This document shows, piece by piece, positions 1 to 8,709 of a DNA stretch of 64,000 bases. Origin of the DNA: Gemmatales bacterium (GTDB lineage: Bacteria; Planctomycetota; Planctomycetia; Gemmatales; HRBIN36); NCBI GenBank assembly GCA_041640595.1, contig JBEPZY010000005.1, forward strand, positions 96,001 to 160,000, in the 5' to 3' direction. Positions within the stretch are counted from its first letter, which is position 1, and each line of letters starts with the position of its first letter. The notes under the pieces were generated by a model, which saw only the letters and a list, made by a program, of their open reading frames with translations, was not told where the DNA came from and made no database searches. Both the position numbers and the translations under genes were made by a program.

Positions 1-1
1 C

Positions 2-1099
2 CTGCCCGGAAAGGTCCACCATGACGGCTACCGTCTGGCGTTCGATCTGCCCAGGTGCCTGAACGCGGGTGATTTCCGTCTTGGGCGGAGGATAGTACTC
101 GGTCGTTTCGGTTTCCCGTTGCTCCGAGGAGGACTGTGTACCGCCTGTGCCAGCCCGACCGAGATTGCTGGTCGTTCCGGCCGGACCCCGACCTACACCG
201 CTCGACCCACTGCTTTTCTCGTTGACCGTTTCCGACCTGCGAACCGGTTTCTGGTCGAGATTGTACGTTTCGGTTTTCTCGGTCACGGATTGAGTGTTGA
301 AATCCACGGTAACCCGAACGATAGCCTTGCCGGGACCCAGAACAGCGGCGAGCATGCGCTCCGCTTCACTGGCCAGGTAAGCCTCGTATTCCCGCTTATG
401 TTCCAGCACACTGGCGGTGAGCCCTGCGGTTCCGCCGGGTTCCGAAAGCAGTCGGCCCTGGCTATCTACGAGGGCGACGTTTTCCGGAGCCAACCCTTCC
501 ACACTGCGGGAAACCAGTGCGGTAATAGCTGCGGCTGTGCTTCGCGGGAGCGTGTGTCCGGGCTTGAGTCGCAGCACGACACTGGCAGTCACCGGTTTGC
601 GTTCCCGGACGAACGGAGTTGGTTCGGGCCGGCTGATATGCACTCGCGCGTAGGCCACCGGTTCCAGTTGCATGATGGTTCGCGCCAACTCCGTCTGCAA
701 GGCTCGCGTGTAGTTGACCTGTTGCAGGAACGGTGTCAGGCCGAATGGAGTGCCATTGTCGAACAGATCGTCGAACGTTTTTCCACCCCGTGCCGGTAAG
801 CCAGCTCGGGCCAGGTCCACCAGAGCCTGCTGGTGATAATTTACCGGCACCAGCACGGTCGTGCCCTGGTTCTCCAGACGATAGGGGATGTTCTGCGCCT
901 GCAAACGTGCCGTGATCGCGCCGCTGTCTTCCAGGGACAGGCCACTATACAGAATGCGATACTCCGGTTGCATGGCCCAGTAAACGAGCGCAACCACGGC
1001 TAAAACGAACACACCGGCCAGCACGGCCAGCACAATGCGTCGGGCCACGCTCATGCCTTGCCACAACTGCACCAGATTGTCGCGGAGTTGAGCCCACAT
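2..1099 (-). CDS. fliF: Flagellar M-ring protein FliF (5' part; runs off the window edge)
   Basis: My translation: MWAQLRDNLVQLWQGMSVARRIVLAVLAG..QPEYRILYSGLSLEDSGAITARLQAQNIPYRL..FGLTPFLQQVNYTRALQTELARTI..ARVHISRPEPTPF..TASVVLRL; these are FliF motifs, and it lies downstream of fliE. Confidence 0.93.
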   Translation of the reverse strand, partial: MWAQLRDNLVQLWQGMSVARRIVLAVLAGVFVLAVVALVYWAMQPEYRILYSGLSLEDSGAITARLQAQNIPYRLENQGTTVLVPVNYHQQALVDLARAGLPARGGKTFDDLFDNGTPFGLTPFLQQVNYTRALQTELARTIMQLEPVAYARVHISRPEPTPFVRERKPVTASVVLRLKPGHTLPRSTAAAITALVSRSVEGLAPENVALVDSQGRLLSEPGGTAGLTASVLEHKREYEAYLASEAERMLAAVLGPGKAIVRVTVDFNTQSVTEKTETYNLDQKPVRRSETVNEKSSGSSGVGRGPAGTTSNLGRAGTGGTQSSSEQRETETTEYYPPPKTEITRVQAPGQIERQTVAVMVDLSGQ

Positions 1100-1188
1100 G
1101 GTGGACCGTTTCTGTGCAGGTACGCCCTGGTTCGCCCGGCGGCTTTCTCCCACCGATCAGGAACCTGCAATCTTACATGGCTGGCGGT

Positions 1189-1491
1189 TCAGACCTGCAT
1201 GCGCATGATTTCCTGATAGGCTTCGGTCAGACGGTTGCGGATTTCCAAAAGGAAGCGGAAAGTCAAATCAGCCTGGGCCAGCCGAAGCAGGACTTCGTGC
1301 AGATTGTCGGTTTGGCCGAGGGCGAGTGCCTCCACCGCCTGGTTGGCTTGGGCATGCGTTTGTCCCACCTGGTGGAGTAAATCCTGCACCAGCTGGGCAA
1401 ACGGCAACGGTGCCTGGCTTCTGGTGGGCGGTGCCGAGTCGGCTATCGGGATTGGCGTATAGCCGATTCCGCCAATGCCGCTGACCTGCAT
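1189..1491 (-). CDS. fliE: Flagellar hook-basal body protein FliE
   Basis: C-terminal 'LHEVLLRLAQADLTFRFLLEIRNRLTEAYQEIMRMQV' FliE signature. Confidence 0.95.
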   Translation of the reverse strand: MQVSGIGGIGYTPIPIADSAPPTRSQAPLPFAQLVQDLLHQVGQTHAQANQAVEALALGQTDNLHEVLLRLAQADLTFRFLLEIRNRLTEAYQEIMRMQV

Positions 1492-1639
1492 GCTTGTCTA
1501 TTTCCCTGGTTCGGCTCGACCGGTTTCGACCGCATCAGCCAGAGCCCGTCGGGCAGATGTCCCCGACAGTGCCAAGCAGCGCTGGCTTGTTCTCGGCGAT
1601 GGTGAATGCTGGTTGTGGGATGGCTCGTCACGGTCTGGC

Positions 1640-2065
1640 TTAGCCACGCAGCAACACAAACGCCTGCTCCATCATCTGCCGGAAGGTTTGCAGCACTTTC
1701 AAATTCGCTTCGTAAGCGCGGCTGGCCGTCAACAAGTTCACCATTTCCAGGGGCAAATTCACGTTGGGATACAGTACGTACCCGTCGGCATCCGCATCGG
1801 GATGGCCGGGTTGATAGACGCGAATGAAGTCGGAAGGATCGTCTTCGATGCCTGCCACCCGCACACCGTTCAGTTCGGGTTTGCCCAATCGGTTGCGGAG
1901 CACCGCTTCAAAAACGACGTCTTTCCGCCGATACGGTTGGCCGGTTACAGAACGGGTCGAAAAGGCATTGGCCAGGTTGTTGGCGATAACCTCCATGCGC
2001 AGCCGCTCGGCACTCAAGCCGCTGGCACTGATGCGGGTGATGGCGAAAATGTCCTCGAAACCCAT
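1640..2065 (-). CDS. flgC: Flagellar basal-body rod protein FlgC
   Basis: SASGLSAERLRMEVIANNLANA..PYRRK..YQPGHPDADADGYVLYPNVN..ASRAYEAN. Confidence 0.97.
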   Translation of the reverse strand: MGFEDIFAITRISASGLSAERLRMEVIANNLANAFSTRSVTGQPYRRKDVVFEAVLRNRLGKPELNGVRVAGIEDDPSDFIRVYQPGHPDADADGYVLYPNVNLPLEMVNLLTASRAYEANLKVLQTFRQMMEQAFVLLRG

Positions 2066-2292
2066 GGATTTTGCCCCGTGCTATGCTTGCCGCAGGTAAT
2101 ATGTTTCCGCGGAGCAGGCATCACCCAGGTTTGGTCGTTGTTTTGCCAAACCTATTATGCTCTCGGCGAGGATTGCTTTTCAGCGTGCCGGGCGACGGGT
2201 GCCGCTGCGAAAAGGCAAAATTTAGCTGGGCGTTCCCGAGGCCGACTCAGTTCCCATCGCAGCCGAGCCAGGCACTCGGAGTTGGGGCCGCG

Positions 2293-2643
2293 TTATCGGC
2301 CAGCGATAGCACTTCGCATTTCGCCGATCCGCAGCGCCAGAATCTGCACGTAAGTGTGATAAAGCAGGCTGTTTTTCGTCAGCAAGGAAAGTTCCTGGGA
2401 AAGGTCCACGTTGTTGCCATCGGCCCTGGCCGGGCTTTGCGGATCGGTTGTGATAATTGGCCGGGCATGGACGGCTGCTGTTCCCGACTTCAGTTGCCGT
2501 GCCAGTTCTTCCTCAAATCGCACAACCAGACGCTGGTAGCCAGGCGTGTTGACGTTGGCCACGTTCTGTGCAATGGCCCGATGACGCACGGCACAGGCGT
2601 CCAGCAATCGGTTCAGCAGGTCGAGTTGAGGAATATTGCTCAT
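2293..2643 (-). CDS. flgB: Flagellar basal-body rod protein FlgB
   Basis: RHRAIAQNVANVNTPGY..RADGNNVDL; start placed at MSNIPQ (ATG 2643). Confidence 0.93.
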   Translation of the reverse strand: MSNIPQLDLLNRLLDACAVRHRAIAQNVANVNTPGYQRLVVRFEEELARQLKSGTAAVHARPIITTDPQSPARADGNNVDLSQELSLLTKNSLLYHTYVQILALRIGEMRSAIAGR

Positions 2644-2679
2644 CCTGTCGTCCGTGATTGACGCGATATAGGCAAGCTG

Positions 2680-2910
2680 TCCGGTGGTCATTGGCCAGTG
2701 ACCAGTGGCTGGCAAACGTTGACCGGTGGTCGGCGATCGGTGACCAGTAGCTCGCCGGCCCCCGACACCTGCTCACTGACCACCAGTCACGGGCCGCTGA
2801 CTACTTGCCGCTGGCCACCTGCTCCCCGGCCACCGATCACGGGTCGCTGGCCGCGAGTTACCAACCAGCGGTCACCGACCACCGACCGCTGGCCACTAGT
2901 CACCGGGCAT
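2680..2910. repeat. Degenerate heptamer (CACYGRC/ACCGACC-like) tandem tract
   Basis: Runs such as gtcaccgaccaccgaccgctggccactagtcacc, present in both orientations upstream of flgB. Confidence 0.6.
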
Positions 2911-3096
2911 TGTCGACCGATAAGGGCGTTGGCGCCACCGTGAGTCCCACCAATTCCGCCAGAATCTTCCGGCGTCAATGCCCTGGTCGGCGGAGATGCT
3001 CGATCCGGTGGCTGTCCAGACATCCCCAGGAATCCTGCCGCAAGTATCGGAAAGGCGACGGTGCGGCCTTTAGGGAATACGCCGGCTGTAACGACT

Positions 3097-3210
3097 GTGC
3101 CAACTCTGTCAGCAACCGACACCCCCCGCGATGAGTCCCATATTGTGGGCTCCGGTAGCAGAAGCTATGAGGTGCCGACTCTGTCAGCGACCGATACCTC
3201 CGCGATGAGT
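3097..3210. repeat. Two ~40 bp imperfect direct repeats flanking a 35 bp unique segment
   Basis: gtgccaactctgtcagcaaccgacaccccccgcgatgagt (3097-3136) vs gtgccgactctgtcagcgaccgatacctccgcgatgagt (3172-3210). Confidence 0.8.
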
Positions 3211-3321
3211 GCCCGTCAACTTGTTCGTCGCAAACAAGAGCGGGGAACGTCATCCCCCGTGGTCATGGTAACGTGACCGTCGGGGAGAAACGCATATCTG
3301 CAACAGCATGCGCACATGCAG

Positions 3322-3896
3322 CCAGGAGCGGCTGGCGTAAGCCAGCCGTGGTGCGTGAACGTACCCGTTTCACCAGCAGGAAACGCGCTTCGGCAGTGAG
3401 AGCCGTCCACACTATCAAGAGCGGCTGGCGTAAGCCAGCCGTGGGACGCGGGCGTGCTCAGTTGAGGAAAAACGCTTGCATCTGCAATTGCGTTACCGAA
3501 CCACGGCGGGCTGATGTCCGCCGCTCTTGGTCGGATGTGCGGACGTCGCCGAACAGTGCGCGATGTTTACCGCACGACGTTCGCACCACATACCACGGCG
3601 GGCTAACACTTGTCGCTCGTGATTCGGCGGTCGTGGTTCGCCGGACGTTATTCGCTGTGCACTGCCCGCGCGGCCGAATCGAACCACGGCGGGCTAACGC
3701 CCGCCGCTCTTGGTCGGATGTGCGGACGTCGCCGAACAGTGCGCGATGTTTACCGCACGACGTTCGCGCCACATACCACGGCGGGCCGACGCCCGCCGCT
3801 CTTGGTCGGATGTGCGGACGTGGCCGAACAGTGCGCGATGTTTACCGCACGACGTTCGCGCCACACACCACGGCGGGCTAACGCCCGCCGCTCTTG
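3322..3896. repeat. REP/BIME-like palindromic cluster 1 (2 forward + 5 reverse units)
   Basis: GAGCGGCTGGC-GTAA-GCCAGCCGTGG at ~3325 and ~3418; CCACGGCGGGC-TRAC-GCCCGCCGCTCTT at ~3501, 3593 (degenerate), 3684, 3776, 3868; ~92 bp period. Confidence 0.9.
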
Positions 3897-3996
3897 GCCT
3901 CGTTTGTTTCCTGGGGGAATCGCTTGGCCGCCTGTTCGCCGATGGCTCGTGCGTGAGCGGAGATGCTCGATGCAGCCCACAGCGAGGGCGCGGTGC

Positions 3997-5019
3997 CTAC
4001 TGCGAACCGCTACCTTCCGGACGGAAGAACGGGAAGATCCGTCGCGGTGGTGAAGAAGGTTGCGGTTGCGGCTGTGGTGCGGGTGGGTTGGGCGTCAAAG
4101 GAGCGATTACCGGGGATTCGTTTCCGCCAAGGCTTTGCGCCAGCGGCAGGAAGTTAATGCGTTGCGTCTGCCCTGCCTGGACAGTGATCTCATGTTCCGT
4201 GGTAATCGGCTGTCCGTTGGGTCCCGGCCAGGAAAGACGGATTTTGTACAGGTAAGTCTTGCCCGGCTGCAAAGGTGGCGACTGGAAACTTCGCACCGAA
4301 CCGGTTTGGCTCATGCGCTGATCTTCGATCCAGAGCGTGGCCTGCGGGGGAACTTCGATAATCAGGATCGCGGGAGCCGGTTTCTGCGGTACCACCGGAG
4401 TAACCTTGCTTCCAGCAGTGCCGGGCGGCGTGGTGCCAGCCGATGCCGAAGGCGGCGTTGCAGGTGGCTGAGGAGGTGAGTCAGCAGTTTGCACGGCAGG
4501 ACTGAGCGGACGTGGTGGCTGGCTGTTCGACGGTACTGGCGGAGTTGGTGTTGGGGCTACCGGCGGATTTACCGTTGTGTTCGGTGCTGGCTGGACGGGC
4601 ACGGGGATCGCTGGTTTGCTGGGTTCAATGGGCGTGGTGCCCGGGGAAGGGTTCGGGATGGTCGGTGGGGTAAGGGGCGGTGGAAACTCGATGGGTGAAT
4701 TGCCTGAACCTGCTGGCTTGTCCACGGTGGGTTTCGCCGGCGGGGTCGGGTCAGAATCCGTCGCTTCGGGTTTCTGTTTTTCGATTGGGCGGACGGTGAG
4801 TTGCTCGATGGCGGGAGTGGTCGGCTTGGCCGTCTCGGTCGGGACCGGTGCAGGAGTCGGCGGTTTGGTTGCCGATGGCGGAACTAGTTCCGGACCTGGT
4901 GGCGGTGGGGGTAACGGTGCCTGGCTCCAGCTCGCCAGCGCTGGGGTCAGGACGACCAGCATTGCCGCCGACCAGTTCCGCAAGCAGGTGAAAACTCGCC
5001 TGTGCGATTCCTTCCGCAT
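3997..5019 (-). CDS. Secreted proline-rich protein with planctomycete TIGR03000-type domain
   Basis: Signal-peptide-like N-terminus, long P/T-rich linker, C-terminal 'AILIIEVPPQATLWIEDQRMSQTGSVRSFQSPPLQPGKTYLYKIRLSW..EITVQAGQTQRINF'. Confidence 0.8.
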   Translation of the reverse strand: MRKESHRRVFTCLRNWSAAMLVVLTPALASWSQAPLPPPPPGPELVPPSATKPPTPAPVPTETAKPTTPAIEQLTVRPIEKQKPEATDSDPTPPAKPTVDKPAGSGNSPIEFPPPLTPPTIPNPSPGTTPIEPSKPAIPVPVQPAPNTTVNPPVAPTPTPPVPSNSQPPRPLSPAVQTADSPPQPPATPPSASAGTTPPGTAGSKVTPVVPQKPAPAILIIEVPPQATLWIEDQRMSQTGSVRSFQSPPLQPGKTYLYKIRLSWPGPNGQPITTEHEITVQAGQTQRINFLPLAQSLGGNESPVIAPLTPNPPAPQPQPQPSSPPRRIFPFFRPEGSGSQ

Positions 5020-5544
5020 GATCAGCCTCCTTATCCGTGATATGTGGAGCGTCCATTCACCGGTTTACCGACAGGTGGTTTCCCTTCGGGCGACAAACGC
5101 CGCAGTTTCCGCAAGCCGGTCATTTGACTTCCCAAAGGGACAGACCGATTTTGCAGCGCCCGTTGGACGGGAAGCTTGCCTGGATATGCCGGGCATTGTC
5201 CAGAAAAACGCAGTTTTGCCAAGCCCAGTTTCTAGACGCATTGCCCGGACCGCGCGTGCCAGCGTCGGCGCGTCAGCGGCGTTCAGGCAGTCGTCAAAGC
5301 TCCAGGAGAAATTTCGCATCCGGCACAAGCCATTCGGCTGCGATGAGCAGAAAGCGCATCGAGAGTTGTCACGTTTGGCGCCCACCGCGCGTTTAAACAG
5401 TGCAGGTGACTGGACAATTTCTCCCGGGCAACCGAAACAGGAGCATACCAGCTTGTACCGCGCTAACGCCCTGACGAACCATCACGGCGGGACGAAGAGA
5501 GGTATTTCAGATACAATCACCATCAACAGCAGGGTGGTGCCAGC

Positions 5545-6915
5545 ATGGCCAAACGAAAACGCACAGAGTTCTACCGACCGCACCTGACTGCCACAGTTCG
5601 TCGGCAGGCGAAACCGTATGCTCCGGTTCGCTCATGGCTGAAGCGGTTGCAGCAGCTGAACTGTTTGTGGCAAAGCGGTTGGCCGGGACAGGAATTGTCA
5701 TCGGACATGGCTTTCGCGGTATCGGCTGGAAATCTTGCACCGCGCGAGTGTTACCGGTTTCTTGCCTGCCTGGGGGCACTGCGACGCACACGGTTGATGG
5801 AGTTTCTGCCGGCACAAAGGCGCGCGGAAATGCGAACACCCTTTTCCGAGTCGGCGTGCGACATTGCAACGGCAGCTGCTCCCAGAAGCGTCGTGCCGAT
5901 TCTGGAAGAGCCGGCGCCGTTTGTTCCTCAACGTTCCAGCTGGTTCGGGCTGGCCTGCCAATATGCGCAGCTGTTGGGCTGGGCAGAACGCTTTTACCGC
6001 CAGTTCGGACTGATTTTGGTCAGCAAAGGTCTCGGAATGTTTGATGCGGGAAAATGGTGGCAGCAGGCCGAAAAACTGGTGGCCGCAACCGAGTTTGTGG
6101 ACTTGCCAGAATGCTCCGACCGAACAATGCAACAACTGACCAGACGCGTTCGCCGGCTTTGGGACGAACTGGATAGAGCCGATTTGTTTGTTGCTCTGGC
6201 AAACCTGACGACCTTTTTCAGCGAACCAGCCGACTGGGAAAGGGTCCGCGTCGTAGCAGGAGTATCGCTCTCGGCTGACGAAGTGTCGCAACAATTGGAC
6301 GCATTGCAATCACGGCTGGCCGAAGTTCACAGCTGGCTCCGCGAACATCCGGAACCGTTTCTGCTTATTGACGCCTATATTCAAGCGGTGGCGGCAGGCT
6401 TTCGCAAGGATTTGCGCCGCTACGGGGATTTGTATTTGACCGCCACGAAATACGCGGCCATGCTCGATGCACTCGAAATAGCCGAAGGCGTTGCCCCGAT
6501 GTTCCGCAAAGCCGCGCGAGATCTGCAAGCCGAACTCGCATGCCTGCGGCAGGACGACGTGAGCCAGTGGTATTATCCGCGCTCGGAAATTCTGCCACCG
6601 CTTCTGGCCGCGGCGAGCGGCACGGCAGCTCCGGCGCGGATTCTGCGCTGGGAGGCTCCGGATAAACGCTATCGGGCAGCGATGCTGATTCGCGGCAACG
6701 GTGTGGTGCTGCGGTTTTTCACGCGCCGGGGCACCACGGCAAACTTCCTGGAAGGCGAACAGGTTTACCTGGCTGGTGTACCTGCCACGATTGATGAAGA
6801 CGGTTGGGCGATCATCCCTCTGGAAGAATTGCTCCAGTCGGAAGAAGACCTGTATCTGGAAGTTGGCAAGCAGCGTGTTCGCTGGCGCCCTTTGCAGCAA
6901 CGCACGCCCAACTGA
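5545..6915 (+). CDS. Hypothetical protein; candidate substrate/partner of the adjacent Lon-CARF protease
   Basis: 456 aa ORF, helical N-part, LLAAASG linker (aa 353-359), ~97 aa beta-rich C-terminal domain; co-oriented 79 bp upstream of the Lon-CARF gene. Confidence 0.65.
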   Translation: MAKRKRTEFYRPHLTATVRRQAKPYAPVRSWLKRLQQLNCLWQSGWPGQELSSDMAFAVSAGNLAPRECYRFLACLGALRRTRLMEFLPAQRRAEMRTPFSESACDIATAAAPRSVVPILEEPAPFVPQRSSWFGLACQYAQLLGWAERFYRQFGLILVSKGLGMFDAGKWWQQAEKLVAATEFVDLPECSDRTMQQLTRRVRRLWDELDRADLFVALANLTTFFSEPADWERVRVVAGVSLSADEVSQQLDALQSRLAEVHSWLREHPEPFLLIDAYIQAVAAGFRKDLRRYGDLYLTATKYAAMLDALEIAEGVAPMFRKAARDLQAELACLRQDDVSQWYYPRSEILPPLLAAASGTAAPARILRWEAPDKRYRAAMLIRGNGVVLRFFTRRGTTANFLEGEQVYLAGVPATIDEDGWAIIPLEELLQSEEDLYLEVGKQRVRWRPLQQRTPN

Positions 6916-6994
6916 CCGACCCGGCCGCTGGCATTCGCTCCGCTGCTCCGGCAGACTGCTACCGCAGCACGGCAAGCGTCGGGAGAGCACGGCC

Positions 6995-8323
6995 ATGCCT
7001 TTAGACCCCCAGCGCTTGTTGGAGCTATTCCAGAAAACGCACGAAGAGCTGTTGCCCCTGGAATGTTGGGACCTGTACGAATATCTCGGCAATTTCATAC
7101 CGCTGTGGTTTCGTCCGGAGGTAGTGCAGCGCGTGGAAGAGGAGACAACGGTTCGTTTCGAGAAACCGCAATTGCCGCAGGATCGGGGATCGTGCTGGAT
7201 CATTTTTGCGCTGGGCTTAGCTTCGCAGTATCCGATGCTGAAGCCGGCTTTCGTCTTGCCGCTGCAATGGCAATGCCAGCCGGAACATGACCGCCGTCTG
7301 CCCGCCAGGTTGAAAGAGTTGGCGGATCGGGTTCGCCGGGCACTCAACCAGGCTTACCGCGACGAAGAATACCTGCGCTGGCGACTTTACATGCATCCCA
7401 ATTTCGCTATTTCCGAGACAACGCCGGATTTCAGCGGGCTCGATGAACAGCTCCGATTCGAATCCGGCTGGTTAGCTCTGGCAGGAGGCCTGTATTTAGC
7501 CCGGCATAACGGCCAGCCGAGCGAATACGTTTGGGCATCGGCTCGCTGGGATGAAGAAAAAGGTATCCTTCGCGTCGGGCATTTAGTTGAGAAACTGGAG
7601 CTGGCCCAGGAATACGGTGTCCGACAGTTTTACATTCCGGATGAACAAATCAACGAGGTGCCGGAACTGTTCCAGGGTATGGTCAAGCCGATTCGGCAAG
7701 GGACGAACCGGTTGCAAGAGGTGCTGGATAACTATGTCTGTGCCCTGGACGTAAGGCCCGCCTGTCCTCCCAGTAACGAAGAGAGCTTTCAGCGTTGCCG
7801 CGATTGGTATCTGCGCCAGCCAAGCCCGGACCTCCGCTATTACTGCACCTGTCTGCTCCCCTACCTGTTGCCGCGACTTCAGCACCAGCGGCGATCCGAT
7901 TGCCAACCGGAAGTGCTGGTGACTGTCTTGAGCCATAGCTGGAACCTGATCCCGCTGATCGCCCACACCTTCGAGGTCAAGCGGTGCGTTGTCCTGGTCA
8001 CCGCTGGTGATGAAAGAACGCACCATTACAGCGAACCAGTACGGCAGTTTCTGAATGCGTTCGGGCGGCGCGTCGAACTGATAGAATGTGAGTTTTACGA
8101 GGAGCGGATGGAAGAAAACTTTGGCGCTCTCGAAATCTGGGAACACTACCGTCAGCGACCCGAGAAAATCCTGGTGGACATGACGCCGGGTAAGAAGCTG
8201 ATGACTCTGCACTTGTACAGGTCGGCCCCTCGAGGTTGCTGGCTGGTGTACGTCAACACCGAGCAACGCCAGAACCGTCCGGTTCCTGGCTCGGAAAAAC
8301 TGGTTTGCTGGCAGCGCGACTAG
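6995..8323 (+). CDS. Lon-type (S16) Ser-Lys protease domain fused to a C-terminal CARF domain
   Basis: FES157GWLALAGGL...VWASARW..GILRVGHLVEK200LELAQEYGVRQFYIP (S-K spacing 43); CARF motifs VLVTVLSHSWNLI..VVLVT and ILVDMTPGKKLMT; GGGAGAG ribosome-binding site before ATG 6995. Confidence 0.75.
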   Translation: MPLDPQRLLELFQKTHEELLPLECWDLYEYLGNFIPLWFRPEVVQRVEEETTVRFEKPQLPQDRGSCWIIFALGLASQYPMLKPAFVLPLQWQCQPEHDRRLPARLKELADRVRRALNQAYRDEEYLRWRLYMHPNFAISETTPDFSGLDEQLRFESGWLALAGGLYLARHNGQPSEYVWASARWDEEKGILRVGHLVEKLELAQEYGVRQFYIPDEQINEVPELFQGMVKPIRQGTNRLQEVLDNYVCALDVRPACPPSNEESFQRCRDWYLRQPSPDLRYYCTCLLPYLLPRLQHQRRSDCQPEVLVTVLSHSWNLIPLIAHTFEVKRCVVLVTAGDERTHHYSEPVRQFLNAFGRRVELIECEFYEERMEENFGALEIWEHYRQRPEKILVDMTPGKKLMTLHLYRSAPRGCWLVYVNTEQRQNRPVPGSEKLVCWQRD

Positions 8324-8709
8324 CCGGGGCGAGAAAGACGCAGGGCTTTCAGGCGACTTATGTCGGCTTCCGTCGTAGCTGTAGCAATGCCTGACCGCCA
8401 CTACCAGCGGGCTTTCAGGCAACATAGGTTGGCTTTCGTCTCTGGTGGCAGGTTTCGCCGCGCTGTGGTTTTCCAGGGGTGTGCGGATCGTCGAGAGGAT
8501 TTTCTCATCTCCCGCCGGGAACGCTGACGAGGCACAGTTTGCTGCAATGTCGCAAGAGCGGCAGAGTTCGGGGAAAACTGCGGTTGCGATAAACCGGTGC
8601 GTAGCTATAATCCGTGCCCATGGCCCTGGGTCTGCTATAGCACACATGGACGGCCAGCGTTGGGCCAGAGGTCTTCTGGAAGGCAGGGCAGACATCTGGA
8701 CGGCTCAAT

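Noticed and set aside
3273..4255. Multiple ORFs with HGGLTPAAL / SGWRKPAV repeats
   Set aside because: They are translations of the REP palindromes, open in several frames and on both strands
4577..5587. 336 aa Gly-rich + strand ORF
   Set aside because: Antisense of the Pro-rich TIGR03000-type gene
6701..6994. N-terminal extension of the 540 aa ORF
   Set aside because: Overlaps the upstream gene; ATG 6995 has an RBS and is the more plausible start
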